From contig CM069135.1 of NCBI GenBank assembly GCA_035221665.1, forward strand, positions 26,598,001 through 26,662,000: 64,000 bases of DNA, given 5' to 3'. A program made the position numbers and the translations under genes. Below are positions 1-11,250 of this stretch, piece after piece (the first letter of the stretch is position 1; the number at the start of each line of letters is the position of its first letter). The notes under the pieces are model-generated. The model did not search any database. It was given only the letters and a program-made list of their open reading frames with translations, and was not told where the DNA came from. Source of the DNA: Okamejei kenojei (taxonomy: Eukaryota).

Positions 1-407
1 CCTTCTTCGCGCTGCTACCATTGGGGAATTGTGGAAAAGACTAAAGTCACACACCACCCGGTTCAGAAACAGCTACTTTCTTCCAACTACGTTCTTGAAA
101 CCAACCCGTATAAATCCAATACAAACCCGTATAAACCCAATATGAAACAACAGAAGACTACAATTCATCTCTGGTGCCACCATGGATTTGTTTTCTAAAT
201 GTGTAATTTTGCACTAAATGACTTGCCTTTAACACAGTATTTTACACTTTACTATCTTCTGTGTAATTTATGTAGAATTCGTGTACAATTTAAGTTTTTA
301 TGTATTGGTCCGAGTTGATGTGCCTGTGATACTGCTGCAAGGAAAACCTAGGATGTAGCTGCACTTTACCATACTTGTGCATATGATAATAAACCCAACT
401 TGACTTA
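1..407 (+). mobile_element. Degenerate Rex1/Babar-like LINE 3' end
   Basis: accacccggttcagaaacagctac resembles the RFRNSF C-terminal motif; AATAAA followed by (acttg)n tail near 390-407. Confidence 0.45.
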
Positions 408-469
408 ATAGTGCAACCAAATCTTTACATTCACCCAAGAAAGCAAACAAGATCTCTATTTAATCCCAT

Positions 470-600
470 TTGAAGGTTGGCAGCATTCCCTCAGTGCTAC
501 ACTGGGAGTTTTAGGCCTGGATATTAGGCAGAGTTCCCAGAGGTGGATCTTCAACTCGTAAATGTCTGACACAGGTGGGGAGAGTGTGCTTTCCACCCAA
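470..600 (-). mobile_element. Deu-domain (SacSINE1-like) SINE head remnant
   Basis: gcagcattccctcagtgctacactgggagt...cttcaactcg...gagagtgtgct resembles the tRNA-derived head in reverse. Confidence 0.5.
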
Positions 601-604
601 CCAA

Positions 605-838
605 GGTTCATACGATACGATAGAATTTTATTTATCCCAGGAGAAAAATTGGTCTGCCAACAGTCATAAAACACAACAATGTACATGAAATTAAAGTGAT
701 GAGTGGAAAGGATTGGGGATGTGCTGGGGGGGGGGGGGGGGGGGGGGGGGGGGATTCAGTCTACCCCACAATAGAGGGGGGGGGGGGGAATGTACAATTT
801 GATAGCTACAGGGAAGAAGGATCTCCTGTGGCATTTTG
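605..838 (-). mobile_element. LINE (L2/Rex1-type) 3' fragment
   Basis: (tacga)n microsatellite tail and tttatt polyA signal at the left end; internal poly-G runs. Confidence 0.45.
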
Positions 839-865
839 GATAATGTCTTTAATCCTGTGCAAACA

Positions 866-1080
866 CAAGGAACTGCAGATGCTGGAGTCTTGAGCAAAAT
901 ACAAAGTGCTGGAGTAACTCAGTGGGTCAGGCAGCATCTGTGGAGGGAATGTATCGGTGACGTTTCGGATTGGGACCCTTCTTCAGGCTGATCAATCCGA
1001 AGATGGGTCCCAACCCAAACGTAGCCGATACATTCCCTCCACAGATACTGCCTGACCCACTGAGTCACTCCAACACTTTA
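866..1080. mobile_element. Inverted pair of Penelope pseudo-LTR ends (palindromic remnant)
   Basis: Arms gtgctggagtaactcagtgggtcaggcagcatctgtggagggaatgtatcgg and ccgatacattccctccacagatactgcctgacccactgagtcactccaacac are near-perfect reverse complements. Confidence 0.7.
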
Positions 1081-3673
1081 TCTTAGGTCCTCGGTTCAGA
1101 AGGGAACTTAACTGGATGAGTTCAAGATCAAAGTCATCCAGGTCTAACAATTAGCAGTTAACCCACCATCTAATTCTTTCCACTACTAACTGCTCTATCA
1201 AGAGGATAACTTACAGGAACACATAGACTGCTCCCCAAGGAGCTCCTAAGCCAACTCCTTGGGGGAAGAGAGCAGGAGCTGTTCAGGAACAACAGATTCT
1301 TGTTCAGGACATGTGCCACTCCAACTTGGAAATGCAATGGACCTCTCCTTCATCAACTATAGATCCACATGCTGGAACGCTGAAACTAACATCATTGTGG
1401 GAGCATCATGCACACTGATTGCAGATCGCAGATCACTGCTAACTTCACAAGGGCAGTTCGAGGATGACTTTTAAATTCGCACACGGGCAATGCTCATGTT
1501 CTATAAATTTTTTCCAATTGTCACCAGTGCCAAGATCAGCCTAAAGAGTGAACCTGAGAACTAGGGCCACCAAACGAAGTCATTTAAAAACCTTGGAGCC
1601 CATTAAGCAAACAAACCTGATGCAAATATCACAGGATCCCATAAACATTGACTCAAGATTCGTTCAGAGATGTGGTCTCAGAAACTATCTGAATTTCTTT
1701 CAAATTTCACGTGAAAAAAGTTGCATTTGGAAAATAATTGCTCTGTGGAATTTTTATAAACTGCCGGGTCGTGAAATGCCAGAAACCTACCAAAGGTTTT
1801 GTGTTTTTTGGACCAGAAACTACCAAGGAATTAACTTCTCTTTCTGTGAAGAATCATCATGATTGTGGTCTGTAGCGAGGGTGGGTCTCATTAGCATGGA
1901 ATATACAGCAGTACAGTCACAAAGAGACCACGCTTAAAGATGATCAAATAAACCTGATAAGGCCTGACAATTTCCTCTGATGACGATGATGGGGAGAGGA
2001 GAGGGGGTTGAAATAGAGGACAAAATGAGGCAGATGTATTAAATGAAAGGCTTGCTGAGATGGCAGGAAGCGTTTCAAGGAGCATCTGTGGATATACAGA
2101 ACTTGCAAAAGGACCATGCGACCATTCGAGGCAAAAAACAGGGCAAAAACCATTAATTAAAGATAAAAACCAGCATTGCACTTCAGGGCATCACGTTAAA
2201 AAGAAATCAATGTGTTAATCCTCATTCAGGCTGCCAAGCAATGCTAGCTATTTGAACCTGCCCCTGCACCTTCCCTGTGGCTCAGCAACTTACAATTAAG
2301 TATAAACATTTAAGTATGAACTATTCCACACAAGTTTTCATCTCGCAATACCAGAGTCATCTCCAGGATTTTGCTTGCCAAAAGTGCATCTTACAAACCT
2401 GCAGATTCTTGGACAATCCAAACGGATTGGCAACTCGACACGCAACAGAACGAGGTTAATTGGAGCTAATTCAGTGATCTTACTGAGTCACAGTTCTCCC
2501 CAGCCCCGCCAACTGGCCTGCAGAAGGTAGTCACATTAGGTCTTAGTCAGATACCACAACTTCTTTGGTGGTTCAACCAACATTTCCGAGGCATTAAATA
2601 AATTAAGCCTGAAACTTGGATGAAAGTTGGATGAATAACACAAATTAAATATAACACAGTACAGTACAGGAGCAGGCCCTTCAGCCCACCATGTCTGTGC
2701 AGAGCAGACCATCTGTCTGTACATGGTCCATATCCCTCCATTCTCTGCCTCTTCATGTGCCTGCCTAAAGGCTACTTAAATACTGCTATCATATTTGCTT
2801 CTATCGCCCCTGGCAGCACGTTCAAGGCAGCAATAACTGATTGGGGATGATCAGCCATGGTCACATTGAATGGCGGTGCTGGCTCGAAGGGCCAAATGGC
2901 CTACTCCTGCACCTATTGTCTATAACCCTCTGTGTAAAAACCTTGCCCAACACATCTCCTTTAAACTTTGCCCCTCTCACTTTAAATCTTAACCCTTCTG
3001 GTATTGGACAGTTCCATACTGGAATATACATTCCGACTATCTACCCTATCAATGCCTCTCATAGTTTGCATCTATCAGGTCGTCCCTCAGCCTCCGATGC
3101 TGCAGAAAAACCAATCACTTTTCCTTGTAAATAATGCCCTCTAATCTTGACCACATGCTGGTAAAACTCTGCTGCACCTGTCCAAAACCTTCAAATCCTT
3201 CCCACAGTTTGGCAACTAGAACAGCACTCCAATGTGGCCAAACCGCACTTGTGTAGATTAAACTTCATCTGACATTTCAACACCCAGTGTTCCAACTGAT
3301 CCACATTCTGATGCATTCTTTGACAACCTTCCTCGCTGCCCTCAACACTACCATTGTTTGTGTCATACGCAAACTTGCTAACTGATCACCTGCATGATCA
3401 AAGAGGTCACACCATTGATCCTAGCAGAACATTGCTGGTCAAAAAAACACCCCTCTACCACTAATGTGACTTGATCTTCTAGATTAACCTACATTGTGCA
3501 ACCTTACCAAATGATTTATTAAAATTAATGTAGACAATATCCACTTCCCAATCCTCAACAAGCATCTTTGTTACCACCTCAAAAAACGAGGCAAAATGAC
3601 TTTAAACCCTACAACAGTGTTATGTTTTAAACAGTGGAAATACACAAGTCAGAAAGCGCATGGAAATATATGA

Positions 3674-4018
3674 ATTGATGCAGGAAAAATGTTCCCAATG
3701 TTGGGTGAGTCCAGAACCAGGGGCCACAGTCTTAGAATAAAGGGGAGGCCATTTAAGACTGAGCTGAGAAAACACTTTTTTACCCAGTGAGTTGTGAATT
3801 TATGGAATTCCCTGCCACAGAGGGCAGTGGAGGCCAAATCACTGGATGGATTTAAGAGAGTTGGATGGAGTTCTAGGGGCTAATGGAGTCAAGGGATATG
3901 GGGAGAAGGCAGGCATGGGTTATTGATAGCGGACGATCATCCATGATCACAATGAATGGCGGTGCTGGCTCGAAGGGCCGAATGGCCTCCTCCTGCACCT
4001 ATTTTCCATCTTTCTATA
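3674..4018 (+). mobile_element. CR1 LINE 3' fragment
   Basis: Encodes LGESRTRGHSLRIKG...VVNLWNSLP; conserved 3' UTR ggctcgaagggccgaatggcct and ttctat tail. Confidence 0.9.
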
Positions 4019-4202
4019 TGGTGATATTTATGAATAACTCCTTGGTAAACTGAATTGAAGAATATTTACTCAAAATGTATAATTTTCTATCCCTTCTATC
4101 AACTGAGTGACAGTTCCTCTTGACCATGGTAGTTGTTTATCAATGTTGTTTGATAACCTTATCCAAAGCAGTAATGTTGAATAATTCCCCGTGTTTGCGT
4201 AC

Positions 4203-4404
4203 CAGAGCTCGAGTAGTGGTACAGCTCAGTGTATGGCTCTATGTGCACGGTCGATTCTTGTGGAATTTCAGGCACCCGTCCCTTCTAGTGCGGTAGTAAT
4301 CGTGAGGTGGTTATGCTCATCGATCCCGCTGAACTGTTGGTTGATAGTCAGCTGCTCATTACCAGGGTTGAAGGTCACCTCTGCCCGACGTATGAATTCA
4401 CCAC
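4203..4404 (-). CDS. NID1: Nidogen-1 exon 7 (G2 beta-barrel), with an apparent +1 frameshift at 4280-4282
   Basis: Hand translation gives GGEFIRRAEVTFNPGNEQLTINQQFSGIDEHNHLTITTALEG, then after removing one G, RVPEIPQESTVHIEPYTELYHYSS. Acceptor tttactAG; donor GTACGC; 202 bp where a phase 1/1 exon needs 201. Confidence 0.93.
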
Positions 4405-5764
4405 CTAGTAAATAAACAAAACACAAGTTACCACCAAGTTCAAGAGGGTTTTATTGTCAATGTCCCAGATAGATCAATGAAATTCTTACTTGGAGTTATG
4501 ACTAATCACCAGATGCCAGTTTCCATATACTGAACATTTTATGTTTTACCTTCAATTATTACCATCATTGAAAGGTAATTAGTTTTTTTAAAAACTGACG
4601 TTGAGCCGCTTAAGATAATACCACAAAAGACAACCGTGAGTTTGATTAAAAAGGTTGGTTTAAAGATGAGGTGATTAACTCCAAATTTCTGCCCCCGATA
4701 GCTGAAGGCATGATATCCACTGGAGGAAATAAAGGAAAGAGGAAATAGCGAAAGATCCCTGAATGGGACAACTGCAGAGTTTTTGAACGACTGCAAGGTT
4801 GGAGTTTTGTGATATAAGGAAAGTTAAGACTAGGAAGGGATGATGGTATTTGAACAATTATAAGAAATTACAACCCAAGGATGGACCAGGGGCCAATGCA
4901 GGTTTGCAAATGTGCACATGATGTTAGCAGATACATAACATGCATATTCCAGACATATCACCACAGAACACTACAGTTCTGAATTTGCCAAAAAAGGTCT
5001 GGACTTGGCTAATGCGGTTAACATCTGTCTTCATCCACACGTTGAGACTCCCAAATGATTTTAGCGATCAACATTAGTTGGTAATTTTTGAAAATGTTTC
5101 ATTTGCCAAAAGGATTTCCATGAGGATTTTACAAATTTAATAACAAGACCCAGTGAATATTTGGAGTCCCTCTGGGACATTTTGGAATTTGTATAACCTG
5201 GCAGAACAAATTATTGAAACAAAGACTATCAGAATCTGCCAAGCGTTGTAATGCATATCTGCAGTATGGGTCACAGCACCGGGGGGGGGGGGGGGGAACG
5301 CAGCTTTCCCCCCCCCCCCCCCCCCACCCCAACTTTTTTGGCTAGACATGTTTCAATGTCTCCAGCTTTGGACGAGGCTCTGCTGTGCTCTGAGCAACCT
5401 GGTCATGGGTGTTGGAGAGCCGGGGCGGAGGGAGGATGGAAGCAGAAGCAGCAGCGGGGGTAGAGGCAGGCGGGGCAGAGGCGGACGGGGAGCCGAGGCT
5501 GGTGGGCCGCTCGCTGCAGCTACGACCACGGAGCAGCCTCAGTGCAAGAGTCCCAGGCCGTCGAAGGCATCGTTAGCGTTGAGCCGAATTCGCCCTGGTG
5601 ACCGGAATGGACCAGGCTGCAGCTCTGTGCATTCTGGAGGACAACCAGTGGCTGCTGGAAGTAGGTACCATGCACTGGGTAGAAGCAGTGGAAGATAGTG
5701 GCCTTCAAATGTGGGTGGTTGGAGAAAGCATCCTGCTTGCCTGCTAGATGTTCACTTACTGTAA

Positions 5765-6087
5765 CTGCAGGAAAAATGTTCCCGATGTTGGGGAGTCCAG
5801 ATCAGTTTAAGAATAAAGGGTAGGCCATTTATGACTGAGATTAGGACAAACTTTCTTCACCCAGAGAGTTGTGAATCTGTGGAATTCTCTGCCACAGAAG
5901 GAATTGGAGGCCAATTCACTGGATGTTTTCAAGAGAGAGTTACATTTAGCTCTTGGGGCGAGCAAAATCAAGGGATATGGGGAAAAAACAGGAAAGGGGT
6001 ACTATTTTAGATGAACAGCCATGGTCTTATTGAATGGCTCGAAGGGCCAAATGGCCTATTCCTACACCTATTTTCTATGTTTCTATG
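5765..6087 (+). mobile_element. CR1 LINE 3' fragment
   Basis: Same CR1 ORF2 end and 3' UTR, with (tttctatg)n tail. Confidence 0.88.
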
Positions 6088-7169
6088 CTTGAGTATATGG
6101 CAATAAAACTCGACCACTTGATTTTGAAGCATTCATGCATGGTGGAGGTATAATGTAGTCACAGAGTGATACAGTGTGAAAACAGGCCCATCGGCCCAAC
6201 TTGCCCACACCCGCCAACATGTCCCCGCTACACAACCTGCTTTTGGTCCATATCTCTCCAAACCTGTCCTATCTATGTATCAGGCTAACTGTTTCTTAAA
6301 TGTTGGGATAGTCCCTGCCTCAACTACATCCTCTGGCAGCTTGTTCTATACACCCATCACCCTTTGTGTGGAAAAAGGTACCCCTCAGCTTCCTATGAAA
6401 TCTTTTCCCCTTCAACTTAAATCTTTCCTCTGGTCCTCGATTCACCTACTCTGGGCAAGAGACTCAGTGCATTGAAATGTATATTTCTAATGCATTTTAG
6501 ATTTCTCGAAAGTCTTACTTTGAAAAAAGTTATCTTTCCACAAACATATACCCAGTTTATTAATGTCACGGTTTGATGATTCTAAATTCAAATCAAAATG
6601 AAATATACATCAAACGGAGAATGCACACTTTAAAAATACTCTGATTTTTTTTCCCCCCCAAGCAATACATAATTTGTATGACTTTGCAAAATCAGAAAAT
6701 GTTATGATTATTTCTTGTCACTTTTTCCGGCTACAAACAAAAAAGAGCACTTGAAATTATAACACATTTAAAAGTTTTTTTGTCAAATTTTCTGTACCGT
6801 GGAAGGCACAGGTGTCGATCTGGGGGGGGGGGGGGGGAAAATATGGGGTATATTCCCCCACTATTTGAGGTGGGGGATGACCTGTATTATCCCCCAGTTT
6901 TTGGAGGACACAAAAATAATAATCACCTGCTCCTATCTCTCATATAGGCCCTACATTATTTAAAAAATACTTCAAACAAAAAATATTGAAATCATACTTC
7001 TACATTGCATTAAAACATATTTTAATACATAAAATGTCATAAAGTCCCTACCGTGGGTAACCCCAAGGGGGGGCACCCCCTCAAAAAACACACACCATCC
7101 CCCTACTCAGTCACTCCACTCCCTCACCGGTAACCCCAAGGCCCGTGATCAGTGGGGCCAAGAAGATTG

Positions 7170-7356
7170 TAGACACAAAATGCAGGAGTAACTCAGCGAG
7201 ACCGGCAGCATCTCTGGAGAGAAGGAATGGATGACGTTTTATTCAAGACCCTTCTTTCAGAATGAAGAAAAGTCTCGACCCAAAGCATCATCCATTCCTT
7301 CTCTCCAGAGATGCTGCCGGTCCCGTTGCGTTACTCCTACATTTTGTGTCCATCTT
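7170..7356. mobile_element. Inverted pair of Penelope pseudo-LTR ends
   Basis: gacacaaaatgcaggagtaactcagcgagaccggcagcatctctggagagaaggaatgg and its reverse complement ending acattttgtgtc. Confidence 0.75.
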
Positions 7357-7357
7357 C

Positions 7358-7475
7358 AAATGACGTCACGCGCTCCAGACGGCTGTGCGGGCGCATGATG
7401 ACGCGCACGACTCTCGCGCGACCGTCATTACCGGCCTGTCGCGTAAGTGACGGCCCAAGTGGGACAGGCCCTTAA
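7358..7475. mobile_element. Right half of a PIF/Harbinger-like MITE
   Basis: Ends in agtgggacaggccct followed by TAA; same TIR as the complete MITE at 32629-32934. Confidence 0.55.
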
Positions 7476-9852
7476 GATCTCCAGTTCGAGAGTCTTCCAC
7501 AAGAGAAATGCCCACTCCTCATCCATTCTTTCTCAACAATTCAGTATCAAGCCCGTTCTCACCTGTTTAACTCCAACAGATACGACACTGATCTGTTCAA
7601 CTTTTCTTCATAAGACAATGTGCCTATTCCTGGTATCAGCCCAGTAAACCTTTTTGTGAACTGTTTACAATGTACTTGCATCCTTCCTCAAACAAGACCA
7701 AATCTACACACACATCACCATTTGGCAAAATGAAGAGTTCTTAGCTGAGTGGTCCATGCAACTGGCCTCACTAAGTAACACAGGATAGTCATAATGATAT
7801 CTCCGCTAACAGCAGGATCGAAGCTAGGGGCCATAAACATAATAAAATTCAAAGAAGCTTCATTTCTCATGTTTGTACAATGTGTAAACTCAAGAGAGGT
7901 TGAGGTGAATGGAATAGGTAGGAAAATAATGGGAAAGCTCGATATGCATTTAAAATTGCAATGGGAAAAGGGGAATGGAAATACCTGTTGAGAGGTTAGA
8001 CAAAGACGGGTAGAAGGAGGCACACAAAGGGCATCACCACACAGATCAGGCAGGCAGGCCATATGATCTCCAAGAGACATCAAGTAGTTACTCCATACAA
8101 ATTAACTTTTGGAGCAATTTGAAGATGAAAAGGATCTGATAAGAAAATTATTTCCTCTAGTGTGAGAGTCCAGTAAAGGAGACTGAGAAATTGAGCGAGG
8201 TTGATAAATAACGTCTTTGCAGCCTGCGATAGAAATCTGGAACTCTCTCCCGTCGGGGATTAAATGATAACAAAAATCCATCAATCTTTTTGTAAATTAG
8301 GAATAGATACTGTGGGTTATGGAAACAAGGCAGGAAATGATCAGCCACAATCTAAGAATAATTAACTTTAAATCTGACGGCTATTGATTTTTGCCAGCCA
8401 AGTTAAAGGATACGGATATGTGGAAGATACAGTATGTGGAATTAGGATGCAGGTAAGGTATGGTCTTTGAAATGAACACTCAAATCTAAGGGAAGAATGG
8501 CCCATTCCAAATCCTATGTTCATTATCAAAATTTAAAAGACACTTGGACAGGTACATCGGATAGGAAAGGTTTAGCCGGATATGGGGCAAACATAGGCAA
8601 GTGGAACGAGCCTAGGTGGGGCAGCTTGATCGGCATGGATGAGATGGGCCGAAGGGCCTGTTTCTGTGCTGCATGACTCTGTCAACCGGTACTGCTGAGG
8701 CTGTGAACAATATAGCGAGAGATCCCGTTATGCTTCACCTTCTCACATAACTGCTCCAGAGTTGGTGAGTACTAGACAGCAAAGGACTTCGAATAGCCAA
8801 TATGGAGCTAGATTCAGCATCACAGTGGAAGCAGAACAAGAGGATCTCATTGCTCTGGTATGGTAACTGTGCTGAACAGATGTACATATTTGAAACAACC
8901 AATCCAAAGATTGCCAGAGGAAAGAATGAAAGTTTGTAAAAATCTTATCTAAAGAACGGAACTTTAGGGCAGTAGTTTTATTTAATTTCTAGCTCATCTT
9001 TTCCTAATGGTGCCTCAAGGTACAAAGAGGGTAAAAAATAAATTGCACAGCTGCAGTTTGAGATTTTCTTTCCATTTGGCTAATCCACTCTTGGGGTTGC
9101 GAACAACAAGAGGGACAATACTTCTGGCTTATTTTAAACACTCCTGATTTCGCAATTTGAAAAATCAAGTGATTTGACATCTGCATCAGAATTCAGTAAC
9201 TTCTCTGGGAACATCTGCTACATACACCAATATTCAACATTAGGAACTTGGATTAATATAGACAACAGATTAAACAAAACACATCGGTATCACATCGAGT
9301 ATTTTAAACTAATTCCCTGAACTTGCACCAACTTAAAACTCAACTTCATTGACATCCGGATGACCAACAAGGTTGGATACATCCCCACCATATATATAGT
9401 CTACCGTCTGCTTAAAACCAGACTGCCCACTTAAAAAGTTCAAAACCTTTGGATTATTTTCCTTCATGATTGGAATACCAATTCCCTCCTCCAATTCGTC
9501 ACCCATCTACATACATTATTAAATAGTTGTTTACTGACCTATCCCAATTGCTCCTGCCCACTGTCATCTGTCCTGTCCTTCTCTGCAGTTTGTTTCAGGA
9601 GCGCGAAGTTCACCTGCTTGATCTGCTCTTACAAAAATTGAGCTGCAGATTTCCACCCCCCACCCCCCAGGGTCTCTGGCGCCGAGTGGCCGCAGCACTA
9701 CCACTGTGCTGTCCAATTGACTTAATCCTGTTCATGTACAAGACACCTAGTGAGGTAACCAAATGATATCACAACAATCAAAAACTAAAGAAAATCGCTT
9801 CTTGAGCAGCTTTTTAAATGTAGTTAAGCATCTTGGGGCAGTTCATACAGGT

Positions 9853-10046
9853 TGCGTTATAATGGAGCTAGAGGAGGGTAGCATTATAACGCAACTATTG
9901 TATAAGGTAATGTTATAGTGGAAGTATAAGGTAGGATTATAAAGAAAATACAAGAGGCCATGTTATAATGTAGATACAACACATAGCGTTATAATGTAGG
10001 TAATAAGAGGCAGCATTATAATAGACATATAAGAGGTAGCGTTAGA
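9853..10046. repeat. Degenerate minisatellite (about 30-35 bp, core gcRttataatgtag)
   Basis: Recurrent gttataat/cattataa...agagg motifs, about 7 copies. Confidence 0.55.
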
Positions 10047-10976
10047 ACAACCAAGCAAAATGTTTGCTCAAAGACTAAGGTTTTAAGAAGCACTATACCA
10101 AGTGGGACCCGTTGGGTCCTGTCCCCTCAACGCGTGGTTGCGGGGGGGGGGGGGGGGGCTGCTGCATCACACACACTAACCATCCCCCTTGATATTATAT
10201 TAACATTATTCATTCGCTCCTTTTACCCCATCCGCACCGTGTCCACACGCGCATAGCCCCCAACTCGCTGACACGGCTAGAGAGGGAGGGCAGGGGCACA
10301 ACGAGGGCAGGGGCACAGTGAAGGCAGGGGCTCAGCGAAGGCAGGTCGGCAGCTCGAGTCCAGGGCCCCGACCTGCTCGTTCTTTCTGCACATTTTGAAT
10401 AACTGGGGGGGGGGGGGTCACTCACAGCACGTGGAAGATGGCACGCAGAGCAGACCCATTGTGACATCATCAGCGAAAGGCACACGTTTTTAAATTTTGT
10501 TTTGTCATATTTTTAAACATTTTCAGTAATAACTCGAGAAATAAAGCATGACATTTTCAGTTAAGGCGTTTTGAACTCCACGGGAAAAACATAGATTTTC
10601 GCGAAGATTTAAAAAACACACACATCCACATACAAGATCAGACTTTTAATAGTTACTAGACAAAGTGGGAACCATTGGGTCTCGTCCCCTCAATGCGTGG
10701 TTGCGGGGGGGGGGGGGGCAGCCTGCGGCATCACAAACACACTAATCACCCATCACCCCCCTCACACACTAACCACCCCCTTGATATTATTTTAATATTA
10801 TTCATTTGCTCCTTTTACCCCATCCCCGCCCTATCCACTCATGCATAGGCCCCAACTGCACAGGCGCAGTTAAAGAGGGGGCAGGGAGAGAGGTCGTGGG
10901 CTGGCGTCGACCTGAGACAACGACCCGAGGACCGAGAGTTCTGCGGCTCCAGTACAGGGCCCCCGACTTGCTCATT

Positions 10977-11127
10977 NNNNNNNNNNNNNNNNNNNNNNNN
11001 NNNNNNNNNNNNNNNNNNNNNNNNNNNNNNNNNNNNNNNNNNNNNNNNNNNNNNNNNNNNNNNNNNNNNNNNNNNNNNNNNNNNNNNNNNNNNNNNNNNN
11101 NNNNNNNNNNNNNNNNNNNNNNNNNNN
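10977..11127. other. Assembly gap (151 N)
   Basis: Run of n. Confidence 1.
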
Positions 11128-11250
11128 TCACTCGCAGCGCGTGGAAGAATGGCGCGTGGAGCAGTCCCATTGTGATTCATCAGCGAAAGGTAGTCGTTTT
11201 TAAATTCAAAGTTTTGTCATATTTTTAAACATTTTAAACAGTAATAAGTC

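Noticed and set aside
725-790. Long poly-G/poly-C runs (also about 5281-5330, 6822, 10142, 22321)
   Set aside because: Mostly within repeats, with homopolymer lengths unreliable; no evidence of function.
1-4200. NID1 exon 8 (VITSSSTREY-like)
   Set aside because: Not found by eye; probably outside the window.
9853-10046. CRISPR-like repeat-spacer appearance
   Set aside because: Eukaryotic intron, degenerate tandem units, no unique spacers or cas genes.
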